Positions 35,898 through 45,303 of a DNA stretch of 64,000 nucleotides are shown here, piece after piece. Position numbers and translations under genes: made by a program. The stretch is from Lewinellaceae bacterium (GTDB lineage: Bacteria > Bacteroidota > Bacteroidia > Chitinophagales > Saprospiraceae). Every line of letters starts with the position of its first letter. The first letter of the stretch is position 1. Location: positions 4,762 through 68,761 of the forward strand of contig JACJYA010000017.1 of assembly GCA_020636315.1 (NCBI GenBank). The letters are read 5' to 3'. The notes under the pieces were generated by a model, which saw only the letters and a list, made by a program, of their open reading frames with translations, ran no database searches and was not told the DNA's origin.

Positions 35898-38800
35898 ATT
35901 CATTTTTTGAAAGATACAAAACCGCCATCCTCTTTTTAATCCTGGTCGTGTTACTCGGGGCGGGATACAGTTATCAGCAATTACAGGTTTCCCTTTTTCC
36001 GGAAATCACCTTTCCCAAGTTGAAAGTCATCGCAGATAATGGCGAACAACCCGTTGATATGATGATGATCACCGTTACCAAGCCACTCGAAGAAGCCATT
36101 CGCCAGGTGCCGGGAAGCCGCATTATCCGCAGCGTTACCAGCCGGGGCAGCACCGAGATCAATGTATTCCTCGACTGGAAAGCCGATATTTACCGTACAC
36201 AGCAATTGATGGAGAGCAAGATCTCTGAGATCGGCAACATCCTGCCGCCCAACGTACAGATCACCGTAGCCCGGATGAACCCCGCCATCCTGCCCGTGTT
36301 CGGTTACTCGCTGGAAGGAAAGGGCAGAAGCCTCATCGAACTGAAAAAACTCGCGGAATTAACGGCCAAACCGTTTTTTTCCCAGATAGAAAATGTGGGG
36401 GGCGTACAGGTTCAGGGAGGCAAAGAAAAGGAATATCAAATCGAACTGCAGCCCGATAAAATGGCGGAACTCGGCATCACCCCTCAGGATGTTGCCAATG
36501 CCGTAGGCCAGACGGGGTTCATCGCCTCAAATGGTTACCTCAACGACTACCGCCGGCTTTACCTCACCCTTACCGACGCAGGCCTGGACGACCTGGACGA
36601 CCTGCGCCACCTCGTCTTGCGCAATGATGGCATCAGAGCGGTCACGGTAGAAGACATAGCCACCCTGCACGTCGGCGAAAAGCTGGAGTACATAAAGATC
36701 AATGCCAATGGCCACGAAGGAGTGCTGGTAAATATTCTGAAACAACCCAACGGCGACCTCATGAAGCTTGCCGCCGCCATCGATGCCCGGCTACCGGAAC
36801 TGAAGCAACTGCTCCCGGAAGGTGTGGAGTTGAAACCGATCTATCGGCAGTCTGAATTCGTGGACGGTAGTATCAAAAGTGTCCAGGATGCCCTGCTGCT
36901 GGGCCTCGGCCTGGCCATTTTAATCACCATTCTTTTCCTGCGTTCGCTCCGGGCAAGCCTGGCTGTACTTTTAGTCATCCCCCTCACGTTGGGGCTGACG
37001 CTTATTGCGCTATACGCTGTTGGCTATACGCTGAACATCATGACGCTGGGTGCGATCGCCGCCGCCATCGGGCTGATGATCGACGACGCTATTGTAGTGG
37101 TGGAACAAATCCACCGCATCCGGGAAGAACGCCCGGGTATCGGAGTACCGGAAGCTATTCAGCACAGTTTGAAGTTGCTGCTGCCCGTATTGGTGGGCTC
37201 ATCGCTCAGCACCCTGGTTATTTTCATTCCTTTCTCGCTGATGAGCGGTGTGGCAGGGGCCTATTTCAAAGTGTTGGCCTATACCATGATCATTGCCCTG
37301 GGGTGTTCTTTCCTGGCGGCAGCGGTGGGCCTTCCCGTCATCTACCGGGTGGTTTCCTTTGGGAAGGACAGAAAGCACCGGGAAGCACACCACATTCACG
37401 AACGGAGATGGGTGGTTTTTTTCATAAAGAATCCCTGGCTCAGCATGCTGTTCGCCGCCATACTGGTGGCAACAATCATCCTTGTATTCCCTAAGCTACA
37501 AACGGGTTTCCTGCCGGAAATGGATGAGGGCACGATCGTACTGGATTATAATTCTCCCCCAGGTACGTCCATTGAAGAGACCAACCGGATGCTGGAACAG
37601 GTGGATGCCATCATTACCGCCAACCCGGAAGTTGCCTCATACAACCGCCGCACCGGCGCCCAGATGGGCTTTTTTATTACCGAACCCAACCGGGGCGACT
37701 ATCTCATCAGCCTGAAAAAAAAGCGCAGGCATTCAACGGAAGAAGTGATCGCGGATCTGCGAAAGCACATCGAAGCGGCACTGCCTGTCCTGACGGTTGA
37801 CTTCGGACAGGTCATTGGCGACATGCTCGGCGACCTGATGAGCTCGGTACAGCCCATTGAAGTGAAAATATTTGGAAATGGCCCGGAAAAGGTACGCTCC
37901 ATCGCTAAATCGGCCGCCAGGATAGTAGAGGAAACTCCCGGCACTGCCGACGTTTTCGATGGCATCGTTATTGCCGGGCCCAATATCAGCTATCTGCCCA
38001 ATGAAAAAAATTTATACCGCTTCGGTTTAACCCCTGCCGATTTAAAATTTCAACTGGAAGCCCGGACCCAGGGAGTCGTAGTTGGCAAACTAAAAGAGCA
38101 GGAGCAGCTTATCAATGTACGGATGCTCTATCCGGACGCGATCCATAATTCATTGGACAACATGAAAAACACGCCCTTGTTCCTGCCCGATGGCAGCCAG
38201 ATGCCGCTACATTTACTCACCGATGTACAGGTGGAAAAAGGGGTGCCGGAAATAGAACGGGAGAACCTGCAACTGCTCACCGCAGTCACCGCCCGCCTCG
38301 ACAACCGCGACCTGGGCAGCGTAATGAAAGACATCCAAAAGCGGGTGAAAGCTGAAATCCCCCTGCCGAAGGGTTATCGCATTGAATATGGCGGTTCCTT
38401 CGCAGAGCAGCAGCAGAGCTTCCGGGAGCTCCTGGCCATTCTTGTGCTGGCAGGCCTGCTGGTGTTCACGGTGCTGCTTGTATTGTTCCGCGATTTGAGG
38501 GTAGCACTTGCCATCCTGTTCGTATCGGCACTCGGCCTGGCGGGATGTTATCTCGCGCTGTACCTCACCGGCACACCACTCAACGTAGGTAGTTATACCG
38601 GTATCATCATGATCGTGGGCATTATTGCCGAGAACTCCATTTTCACCTTTCAGCAATTTCAAATGGCCAGGACAAACCACACTGTCGAGGAAGCGCTGAG
38701 CTACGCCATTGCCGCCCGCCTGCGGCCCAAACTCATGACTGCCAGCGGCGCGATCATGGCCTTAATGCCGCTGGCGCTGGGTATCGGCACCGGTGCGCAG

Positions 38801-38908
38801 ATGCACCAGCCGCTGGCCATTGCCGTAATCGGGGGGCTGGTGCTGGCCTTGCCGTTGTTGCTTATCGTGCTGCCGTCGTTGCTACGGGTGGTTTTCAGAA
38901 AAAACTGA
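35894..38908 (+). CDS. RND efflux transporter permease (AcrB/CzcA family)
   Basis: 1004 aa with a 12-TM architecture and two large periplasmic loops. Typical family segments include GAIAAAIGLMIDDAIVVVE. Confidence 0.92.
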   Translation: MNSFFERYKTAILFLILVVLLGAGYSYQQLQVSLFPEITFPKLKVIADNGEQPVDMMMITVTKPLEEAIRQVPGSRIIRSVTSRGSTEINVFLDWKADIYRTQQLMESKISEIGNILPPNVQITVARMNPAILPVFGYSLEGKGRSLIELKKLAELTAKPFFSQIENVGGVQVQGGKEKEYQIELQPDKMAELGITPQDVANAVGQTGFIASNGYLNDYRRLYLTLTDAGLDDLDDLRHLVLRNDGIRAVTVEDIATLHVGEKLEYIKINANGHEGVLVNILKQPNGDLMKLAAAIDARLPELKQLLPEGVELKPIYRQSEFVDGSIKSVQDALLLGLGLAILITILFLRSLRASLAVLLVIPLTLGLTLIALYAVGYTLNIMTLGAIAAAIGLMIDDAIVVVEQIHRIREERPGIGVPEAIQHSLKLLLPVLVGSSLSTLVIFIPFSLMSGVAGAYFKVLAYTMIIALGCSFLAAAVGLPVIYRVVSFGKDRKHREAHHIHERRWVVFFIKNPWLSMLFAAILVATIILVFPKLQTGFLPEMDEGTIVLDYNSPPGTSIEETNRMLEQVDAIITANPEVASYNRRTGAQMGFFITEPNRGDYLISLKKKRRHSTEEVIADLRKHIEAALPVLTVDFGQVIGDMLGDLMSSVQPIEVKIFGNGPEKVRSIAKSAARIVEETPGTADVFDGIVIAGPNISYLPNEKNLYRFGLTPADLKFQLEARTQGVVVGKLKEQEQLINVRMLYPDAIHNSLDNMKNTPLFLPDGSQMPLHLLTDVQVEKGVPEIERENLQLLTAVTARLDNRDLGSVMKDIQKRVKAEIPLPKGYRIEYGGSFAEQQQSFRELLAILVLAGLLVFTVLLVLFRDLRVALAILFVSALGLAGCYLALYLTGTPLNVGSYTGIIMIVGIIAENSIFTFQQFQMARTNHTVEEALSYAIAARLRPKLMTASGAIMALMPLALGIGTGAQMHQPLAIAVIGGLVLALPLLLIVLPSLLRVVFRKN

Positions 38909-38926
38909 GAGGCTCGGAGCATTATC

Positions 38927-38985
38927 TACCGATATTTTGTCCCTCCGGGACTTCAAAAAATTCTTCGTTTAGCCCCTAATTCGCA
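38927..38985 (+). repeat. solo, shortened right end related to the 244-bp MITE
   Basis: TACCGATATTTTGT + hairpin (CCC-TCC-GGG) ... TTTAGCCCCTAATTCGCA parallels the MITE right part TACCGATATTTTGT...TTTAGCTCTGGATTCGCA. Confidence 0.45.
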
Positions 38986-38989
38986 TAAA

Positions 38990-39496
38990 TCACCTTGAAT
39001 TGATCAACATTCCCACCTTTTCCAGCCGCTCCTCCACTCCGCCCCGCAATTCCGTATAGGGTACGCCCAGCTGCTCCAGTTCCCGCTTATAGATGGTGTA
39101 AAGCTCCTCTCTTTCATTGGGGTTTTCGCGCTGGGGGTCGTAGGCCCAGGGCACGTCGGTGCCGCAAAGCAGATAAATATCGTAGGAGCGCTGCTGCAAC
39201 TGTTCCAGTATCCAGGGGTGGCAGCGGCCGTATTTGAATTCCGACCAGACCTTCATGACCAGCATGCCGGTGTCGCAGGGCAGGATCCGGCGGGCAAACT
39301 GCGCCTGATAGTCTTCGAGCAGCAACTGTCCGCGGGCGATGTGCAGCAGGTCGCTCTCCTCATAAGGGCGCCCCAGGTTTTCCAGGTAGGTGCGGGCGTA
39401 TTCCGGCGCCCAGGCCGTCTGATACACCTCGGCCAGGCGGCGGGCCAGGAGGGTCTTGCCGGTGGATTCCGGGCCGGTGAGGAGGATGCGGAGCAT
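38990..39496 (-). CDS. AAA-type ATPase/kinase resembling the NadR ribosylnicotinamide-kinase domain
   Basis: 168 aa. Walker A GPESTGKT followed by WAPEYARTY, as in NadR-C-like kinases. Confidence 0.65.
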   Translation of the reverse strand: MLRILLTGPESTGKTLLARRLAEVYQTAWAPEYARTYLENLGRPYEESDLLHIARGQLLLEDYQAQFARRILPCDTGMLVMKVWSEFKYGRCHPWILEQLQQRSYDIYLLCGTDVPWAYDPQRENPNEREELYTIYKRELEQLGVPYTELRGGVEERLEKVGMLINSR

Positions 39497-39502
39497 TAGA
39501 GG

Positions 39503-39557
39503 GTGAAAGTGTTGATGTGTAAATGTGTTAAGGTGTAAAAGTGTAAAAGTGTAAATG
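39503..39557 (+). repeat. tandem array (GTGTAAAR)n
   Basis: GTGAAAGTGTTGATGTGTAAATGTGTTAAGGTGTAAAAGTGTAAAAGTGTAAATG, in the divergent region between the NadR-like and DUF3667 genes. Confidence 0.75.
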
Positions 39558-39614
39558 TTCGTGTTTTCCTTATTTTGGGGAACAAATAAAAAAAGAAAAC
39601 GGCCGCCACATCAA

Positions 39615-40394
39615 ATGGAACAATGTAAAAACTGCGAAGCCTCCCTGGAGGGCCCGTACTGCAGCCAGTGCGGGCAGAAGGCGCTGACGGAACGGATCAC
39701 GCTGAAGTATATCCTAAGATCTATCGTAGAAACGCTGACCAATGTGGAGGCGGGGTTCTGGTACACCATGCGCGCCCTGCTCACCCGGCCGGGGATCGTG
39801 GCCCGGGAATACCTGGAGGGCAAACGCCGGCTGTATTACCACCCCATCCGGTACCTGTTCATTCTGGTCACTATCGCTACCGTTATTACTTTGGCAACCG
39901 GCGTTTACGACCTGCAGCAGAGCGAGATCCTGCAGCTGCAGAACGACGCCATAGGACTGGAACCCAATGAAAAGGCGGTTGCCAACCAGCAGAAAGTGCA
40001 GGAAGAAGTCAAAAAATACCTCAACCTGGTGTCCCTTTTAACACTGCCCTTTTTCAGCCTGGTGGGCTTCTGGCTCTTCAGAAAGAGAGCGTACAATTAC
40101 GCAGAACACCTCGTCATTGTATCCTTCTGGTCCGCAGAGCTTGCCGCTATCGGCCTGCCGGTGCAGTTGCTGTTCCTCTTTTTTCCGGGGGCAATAATGT
40201 ACGCCCTCCCCCTAACTATGCTGATCTCCTCCGGTTATTATGGTTGGGGATACCGGCAGCTTTTCCAGATCGGCTACGGCCAGGCTTTCTTCAAGGGGGG
40301 CCTGGTGAATGTATTGGGTTTCATCCTCATGTTTATCACTATTATGATCCTGACGGCCTTGAGCGTCATGATTTTTGTTGCTATCTTTAAATAG
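39615..40394 (+). CDS. DUF3667-like zinc-ribbon membrane protein
   Basis: Start at MEQCKNCEASLEGPYCSQCG (CxxC..CxxC), followed by several TM helices. Confidence 0.7.
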   Translation: MEQCKNCEASLEGPYCSQCGQKALTERITLKYILRSIVETLTNVEAGFWYTMRALLTRPGIVAREYLEGKRRLYYHPIRYLFILVTIATVITLATGVYDLQQSEILQLQNDAIGLEPNEKAVANQQKVQEEVKKYLNLVSLLTLPFFSLVGFWLFRKRAYNYAEHLVIVSFWSAELAAIGLPVQLLFLFFPGAIMYALPLTMLISSGYYGWGYRQLFQIGYGQAFFKGGLVNVLGFILMFITIMILTALSVMIFVAIFK

Positions 40395-40477
40395 CCTTAA
40401 TCAAACGGCCAAAACAATGGCCCGGCGCCGGGCGTTAGCAAGGGAGAAAAAAGAAGGCGGTACTGCCTGGCAGATTG

Positions 40478-40645
40478 TTAAGAGTGTGTTCAAATTTTCA
40501 TGATTGAGCGAAAGTGAGCAAATTTTGTGCTGAATGAGGCAAAAAACGTAGGCATACCTGGAAGGTACGCCGAGGCTTTTTAACGAAATGCAGGAGAAAA
40601 TTTGCCACTTGTAGCCAATTGATGGAATTTTGAACACACTCTAAA
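40478..40645. repeat. 168-bp inverted-repeat-bounded element
   Basis: TTAAGAGTGTGTTCAAA (40478-40494) pairs with TTTGAACACACTCTAAA (40629-40645): 14 bp perfect, 17 bp with one mismatch. It shares the TGTTCAAA core with the REP family ends. Confidence 0.5.
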
Positions 40646-40678
40646 AGCACAACATTTTATAGCAACTAATATAGATAC

Positions 40679-41266
40679 ATGCACGATATCGAACCGTATT
40701 ACCGATGGCGAGATAACTACATCGCCTCCGAGGACGAGCGGTCGCCCTTCTACGGACGGGTGTATGATGAATTTCGGTTCACCCATCAGATATACAATTA
40801 TTACATTCATCCCCAATGGGATGATTTCGGCTCCGCCACGCTTTACCTCAAAGTCATTTACGCCGACTATGAGCTGGGGTACGCCATCATCGAATTGCTG
40901 GGAGAATGGAACGACTGCCTGTCCAATGACATCATGTACCTGAAGCGGGAGGTAGTGGACGCCCTCTCCGAGCAAGGCATCCGGAAGTATATCCTGATCT
41001 GCGAAAATGTGCTCAACTTCCATGGCTCCGATGATTGCTACTACGAAGAATGGTACGAAGACATCGCCGATGAGGGAGGCTGGATCTGCTTTATCAACAC
41101 CCTGGACCACGTCTGGGAGGAAATGATGGCCACCCAGCTTCAGCACTTCGTCAATCTCGGAAAAGAATTCAACGACATCAACTGGCGGCCCTATAAGCCC
41201 AAGGCGTTGTTTAAAGCTATGGACAAGCTGGTGCACGGGGAAATGAGAAGGTATCTGAGAGGTTAG
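40679..41266 (+). CDS. conserved hypothetical cytoplasmic protein
   Basis: 195-aa ATG ORF with normal composition, rich in W/Y/acidic residues. No family recognised. Confidence 0.6.
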   Translation: MHDIEPYYRWRDNYIASEDERSPFYGRVYDEFRFTHQIYNYYIHPQWDDFGSATLYLKVIYADYELGYAIIELLGEWNDCLSNDIMYLKREVVDALSEQGIRKYILICENVLNFHGSDDCYYEEWYEDIADEGGWICFINTLDHVWEEMMATQLQHFVNLGKEFNDINWRPYKPKALFKAMDKLVHGEMRRYLRG

Positions 41267-41323
41267 ATTGTTGGATTGTTAGTACTGTTTCCATTAAATT
41301 CTGTAACAAATTTATCCGGTATT

Positions 41324-41373
41324 AGACTTGACAAGTTTACCGGAAGGCGCCCGGGAGAAAACTTGTCAAGTCT
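41324..41373 (+). promoter_or_regulatory. 15-bp perfect-stem hairpin abutting the era start codon
   Basis: AGACTTGACAAGTTT (41324-41338) pairs with AAACTTGTCAAGTCT (41359-41373). The 20-nt loop contains CCGGAAGGCGCCCGGG. The ATG is at 41377. Confidence 0.55.
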
Positions 41374-41376
41374 TTC

Positions 41377-42291
41377 ATGCCGCAACCTCAAAACATGCAC
41401 AGATCAGGATTTGTAAACATCATTGGCAGGCCCAACGTCGGGAAATCCACCCTGATGAATGCCCTGGTGGGCGAGCGCATGTCCATCATCACCAGCAAAC
41501 CGCAGACTACGCGCCACCGCATCATCGGCATCATCAACGCAGAAGAATACCAGGTAGTCTTTTCCGATACGCCGGGCATCATCGAGGCCCCTGCCTACCG
41601 GATGCAGGAAGTGATGAACCGCTTTGTCGATACCACTTTCGAGGATGCGGACATCATGATGTTCGTTACCGAAGTGGGGGAAACCTACGCCGATGACGAC
41701 CCTGTTCTGGAAAAACTGCGGAATATTGAAGTACCGCTGTTTCTGGTGCTCAACAAGACCGACCAGGTACCGGAGGTGCGTGTCCTGCAGCTTATCCAGG
41801 AGTGGAACAGCCGGATTTCTTTTACCGAGACCATCCCAGTTTCCGCCCTGCACCACAGCAATACGGAGCGGCTGCTGGAAGTCATTCTGCAATATCTGCC
41901 GGAAGGGCCCGCCTACTATCCCAAGGGGCAGCTCACCGACCGCCCGGAACGCTTCTTCGTCAGCGAGATCATCCGGGAAAAGATCCTGCTTCTCTATCAT
42001 CAGGAGGTGCCCTATTCCAGCGAGGTGATCGTCACCTCCTTCAAAGAGGATGAAACCAGCAAGGGAGAGCCGCTGGTGCGGATCGGCGCCGATATCTATG
42101 TGGCCCGCAACACTCAGAAGGCCATCATCATCGGCAAGGGAGGCAGCGCCATCAAAAAACTGGGGATGGAATCCCGAAAGGATATTGAAAAATTCCTGGA
42201 AAAGAAGATCTTCCTCGAGCTGCACGTCAAGGTCAAAGACGACTGGCGGGATGATGACCGCATGCTGAAACATTTTGGGTACAGGGGGTAG
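41377..42291 (+). CDS. era: GTPase Era
   Basis: G1 GRPNVGKST, G3 DTPG, G4 NKTD and a C-terminal KH domain (IIIGKGGSAIKKLG). The start could instead be the ATG at 41395. Confidence 0.92.
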   Translation: MPQPQNMHRSGFVNIIGRPNVGKSTLMNALVGERMSIITSKPQTTRHRIIGIINAEEYQVVFSDTPGIIEAPAYRMQEVMNRFVDTTFEDADIMMFVTEVGETYADDDPVLEKLRNIEVPLFLVLNKTDQVPEVRVLQLIQEWNSRISFTETIPVSALHHSNTERLLEVILQYLPEGPAYYPKGQLTDRPERFFVSEIIREKILLLYHQEVPYSSEVIVTSFKEDETSKGEPLVRIGADIYVARNTQKAIIIGKGGSAIKKLGMESRKDIEKFLEKKIFLELHVKVKDDWRDDDRMLKHFGYRG

Positions 42292-42296
42292 AGAGG

Positions 42297-42335
42297 GGTA
42301 AAAGCGTAAAAATGTAAAAGTGCTTAAGTGTAAAG
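42297..42335 (+). repeat. tandem array (GTAAAAR)n
   Basis: GGTAAAAGCGTAAAAATGTAAAAGTGCTTAAGTGTAAAG directly after the era stop. Confidence 0.6.
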
Positions 42336-42371
42336 GAGACAATCCTATTACATTAAATTCGTGAAAAGCAG

Positions 42372-42379
42372 TATCTTTG
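42372..42379 (+). promoter_or_regulatory. Bacteroidota -7 promoter box for der
   Basis: TATCTTTG, 81 nt upstream of the ATG. Confidence 0.4.
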
Positions 42380-42459
42380 CGCCCTTTGTAAAATTTGCCT
42401 CCGCATCTTAAACGAGTTACCTTGCAAAGGCACCTTTACACCTACGCACTGAAAAAATC

Positions 42460-43764
42460 ATGAGCAATAACATAGTAGCGATCGTCGGGCGGCCCAATGT
42501 GGGGAAATCGACTTTCTACAACCGCCTGATCGGAGAAAGGCAGGCCATTATCGACGACACCAGTGGCGTGACGCGCGACCGGCAATACGGCACCAGTTTC
42601 TGGAACGGCAAAACGTTTACCGTTGTCGATACGGGTGGTTTTGTCAAAAATTCCGAAGACGTATTCGAGGCAGCCATCCGGTCACAGGTGCAGATTGCCC
42701 TGCAGGAAGCCAGGGCCATCATCTTTATGGTGGATGTCACAACCGGCATCACCGACCTGGACGAGGAAGTGGCCGACCTGTTGCGCCGCTCGGACAAGCC
42801 CGTCTTCCTTGCCGTCAATAAGGTCGATAACAGCCAGCGAATGATGGACGCGAACGAGTTCTGGAGCCTGGGCTTCGAAGAGACTTATTTCCTCTCCTCA
42901 CTGACCGGCAGCGGCTCCGGCGACCTGCTCGATGCCGTAGTCGAGCACATCGATGAAGACGAAGAGGAAAAGAGCGAGATCCCCAAGTTCGCCATCGTCG
43001 GGCAGCCCAACGTCGGTAAATCCTCACTGACGAATGCCCTGTTGGGCCAGGAGCGCAACATCGTCACCGAAATAGCCGGCACCACCCGCGACAGCATTCA
43101 CACCAAATATTCCAAGTTCGGCAAAGAGTTCCTGCTGATCGACACGGCCGGCATCCGGAAAAAAACCAAGGTGCATGAAGACCTTGAATTCTATTCCGTC
43201 ATGCGCGCCATTAAGGCCATCGAAGAAGCCGATGTGTGCATCCTGATGATTGACGCTCAGCTCGGCCTGGAAGCTCAGGACATGAGTATCTTCCGCCTGG
43301 CCCAGCGCCGCAACAAGGGCATCGTCATCCTGGTTAACAAATGGGACCTGGCTGAAAAAGAAACCAATACGGCCCGCGACTATGAAGCCGAGATCAAACG
43401 GCGCATCGCCCCCTTTTCAGATGTCCCGGTGGTTTTCATCTCCGCCACTGAAAAGCAACGCATCTTTAAAGCCATCGAAGTGGCCCTGGAGGTATATGAC
43501 AACCGGAGCCGGAAGATCAAAACTTCGGAGCTCAACGAGGTGATGCTGGAGGCCATCGAACGCTATCCGCCGCCCGCCCACCGGGGCCGCTTTGTCAAGA
43601 TCAAGTACGTTACGCAGCTGCCAACCTACTATCCCGCCTTCGCCTTCTTCTGTAACAACCCCAAGCACGTCAAGGAAAATTACCGTAACTATCTGGAGAA
43701 CCAGTTGCGGAAGAACTTCAATTTTACGGGGGTGCCGGTATCGGTATTTTTCAGGAAGAAGTAA
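42460..43764 (+). CDS. der: ribosome-associated GTPase Der (EngA)
   Basis: Two tandem GTPase domains (GRPNVGKST..NKVD and GQPNVGKSS..NKWD) plus a KH-like C-terminus. Confidence 0.95.
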   Translation: MSNNIVAIVGRPNVGKSTFYNRLIGERQAIIDDTSGVTRDRQYGTSFWNGKTFTVVDTGGFVKNSEDVFEAAIRSQVQIALQEARAIIFMVDVTTGITDLDEEVADLLRRSDKPVFLAVNKVDNSQRMMDANEFWSLGFEETYFLSSLTGSGSGDLLDAVVEHIDEDEEEKSEIPKFAIVGQPNVGKSSLTNALLGQERNIVTEIAGTTRDSIHTKYSKFGKEFLLIDTAGIRKKTKVHEDLEFYSVMRAIKAIEEADVCILMIDAQLGLEAQDMSIFRLAQRRNKGIVILVNKWDLAEKETNTARDYEAEIKRRIAPFSDVPVVFISATEKQRIFKAIEVALEVYDNRSRKIKTSELNEVMLEAIERYPPPAHRGRFVKIKYVTQLPTYYPAFAFFCNNPKHVKENYRNYLENQLRKNFNFTGVPVSVFFRKK

Positions 43765-43832
43765 AGGGGTGGTTAGATTGGTGAATTGCTGGCAGACGGG
43801 GTTCCACGGAACGTTATATTGTTATATTGTTA

Positions 43833-44076
43833 TGCGAATCCAGAGCTAAAACGTCCTGTAGGGACGACATATCGGAAGACGTGGCCCCGAGTTAGGGACG
43901 ACCCGTGCCGTAGGTACGGGACATAGCGATCAGGCCAACGCCGATGTGCCGTACCTACGGCACGGAGGTTCATTTTTCACCATTTTTTTACCGATATTTT
44001 GTACCTAACGGCACAATATCTAAGTATCCGGCCGGCGCCGGTAGTCAAATCGCCCCCATTTAGCTCTGGATTCGCA
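43833..44076 (+). mobile_element. 244-bp hairpin-rich MITE, copy A
   Basis: 18-bp terminal inverted repeats TGCGAATCCAGAGCTAAA / TTTAGCTCTGGATTCGCA. Flanked by TATTGTTA on both sides. Differs from copy B by 1 nt. Confidence 0.75.
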
Positions 44077-44134
44077 TATTGTTATATTGTTATATTGGCA
44101 GTACCCAGGATAGTTGAAGTCCGGGTAAAAACGG

Positions 44135-44176
44135 GCTTGTTTATAGTTTCTGGGTTTCTGGAAACCAGCGGGTTAG
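44135..44176 (+). repeat. REP/MITE-like element, partial or degenerate copy
   Basis: GCTTGTTTATAGTTTCTGGGTTTCTGGAAACCAGCGGGTTAG aligns with the left part and core of the copy at 48874. The right part has diverged. Confidence 0.5.
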
Positions 44177-44269
44177 GGGAAAGTTGGTTGCGTTGTTCTG
44201 CAGCAATCTAACCTCCACGAGTTCCAGCCAGGCCAATAATCCAACCGCCTCCCAGCCCCACCGAGCCAC

Positions 44270-45157
44270 CTACCTCCTCACCAGCGGCAACGAACAACAA
44301 CGGAAGCTCCCGCCGGTGGAAGGCGCCGCATCGAAAGGCAACTCAATAACCCGCAGCCCTGCTTCCCGCATGGCCCGGTTGACGCGAAGGCATTCCGGAT
44401 GGTTGCGGCTGATCAGGGTATCGGGGCAGAGAGAAAGGACGTTGGTGGCCAGCCTGGCCTGTTCGGCGGCATTTACCTCGATCCAGTCGTATTTGTCGAT
44501 GATGGCGGGCGGGATGTCGCGAAAGCCCTGAGGATAAATGAGCGCCAGGCCCTCGCCCACCGGGTTGAAGGTGCAATCCAGGTGGAGAACGTCCTCTCCT
44601 TCCGCCAGGCCGCGGCAATGGACGGGGATGACCTCAAAATTATCGCCAAATTGTTCCTTCAGAAATTCAAAGCCGGCCCGGTTGGTGCGCTGGGACAGGC
44701 CGACGAAGATGCAGCCTTTGTCCACGATGATGTCTCCCCCTTCCAGCAGGATGTCATTGGAGGGCGGCAGCAGGATGTTGGGCTCCTTGCCTTCCACTTC
44801 CAGCAGATATTTGAAAATGCCGGCTGCTTCATACCGGCGGCTGGGCCTGGCCATATTGCATAGAACGAACCGGTTCCCGACAACGACGCCCAGGTCGCGG
44901 GGAGTAAGCTGGTCATAGACGAACTTTCCCACGTAATCCGGCGCCAATACCTCCACGCCTTCCTTTTCCAGGGCGTCGCGAAAGCCTTCGAATTCCGGTT
45001 GAAGCTCCGCTTCGGTGGGCAGCCCTCTCTTCTGAGATTCGTTGACGAGTTCGGTGTAAGCTTCTACCGACCGGTAGCCTTCGTACCGGCCGATAATGAC
45101 TTTTTTCAGCGGTGCGGTTTCCGAGTACTGCTGAAAGGAGGTAGGTTTCCCGCTCAT
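44270..45157 (-). CDS. guanidino-group-modifying enzyme superfamily protein (amidinotransferase/DDAH-like)
   Basis: 295 aa. HLDCTFNP and the C-terminal catalytic-Cys region GGSFRCCSLPL are typical of the DDAH/arginine deiminase/amidinotransferase fold. Confidence 0.75.
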   Translation of the reverse strand: MSGKPTSFQQYSETAPLKKVIIGRYEGYRSVEAYTELVNESQKRGLPTEAELQPEFEGFRDALEKEGVEVLAPDYVGKFVYDQLTPRDLGVVVGNRFVLCNMARPSRRYEAAGIFKYLLEVEGKEPNILLPPSNDILLEGGDIIVDKGCIFVGLSQRTNRAGFEFLKEQFGDNFEVIPVHCRGLAEGEDVLHLDCTFNPVGEGLALIYPQGFRDIPPAIIDKYDWIEVNAAEQARLATNVLSLCPDTLISRNHPECLRVNRAMREAGLRVIELPFDAAPSTGGSFRCCSLPLVRR

Positions 45158-45210
45158 GGCTTATTTAGTATGTGCCTGGACAATTTTAGTCTGTGTGCCT
45201 GCTAACTATT

Positions 45211-45303
45211 GGGGACTGTTCAAGGTTCCTGGTTTCTGAGTTCCTCGTTACTCTGGAAACCAGCGGGTTAGCGTAACACGGACACACTTCATTGAACTAT
45301 CCC
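45211..45303 (+). repeat. REP/MITE-like element flanked by AACTATT direct repeat
   Basis: GGGGACTGTTCAA...CTGGAAACCAGCGGGTTAGCGTAACACGGACACACTTCATTGAACTATCCC. AACTATT lies at 45204-45210 and again at 45304-45310. Confidence 0.7.

Noticed and set aside
40401-40637. 78-aa minus-strand ORF in the DUF3667 / 40679 spacer.
   Set aside because: It runs through both arms of the 168-bp inverted-repeat element, has unusual composition and no start context. It is more likely non-coding repeat sequence.
43999-44211. Small ORFs inside repeat-rich spacers (43999-44211, 48940-49122, 56240-56464, 57334-57609).
   Set aside because: They overlap MITE/REP copies or hairpins, have no homolog-like features, and copies of the repeats do not preserve the reading frames.
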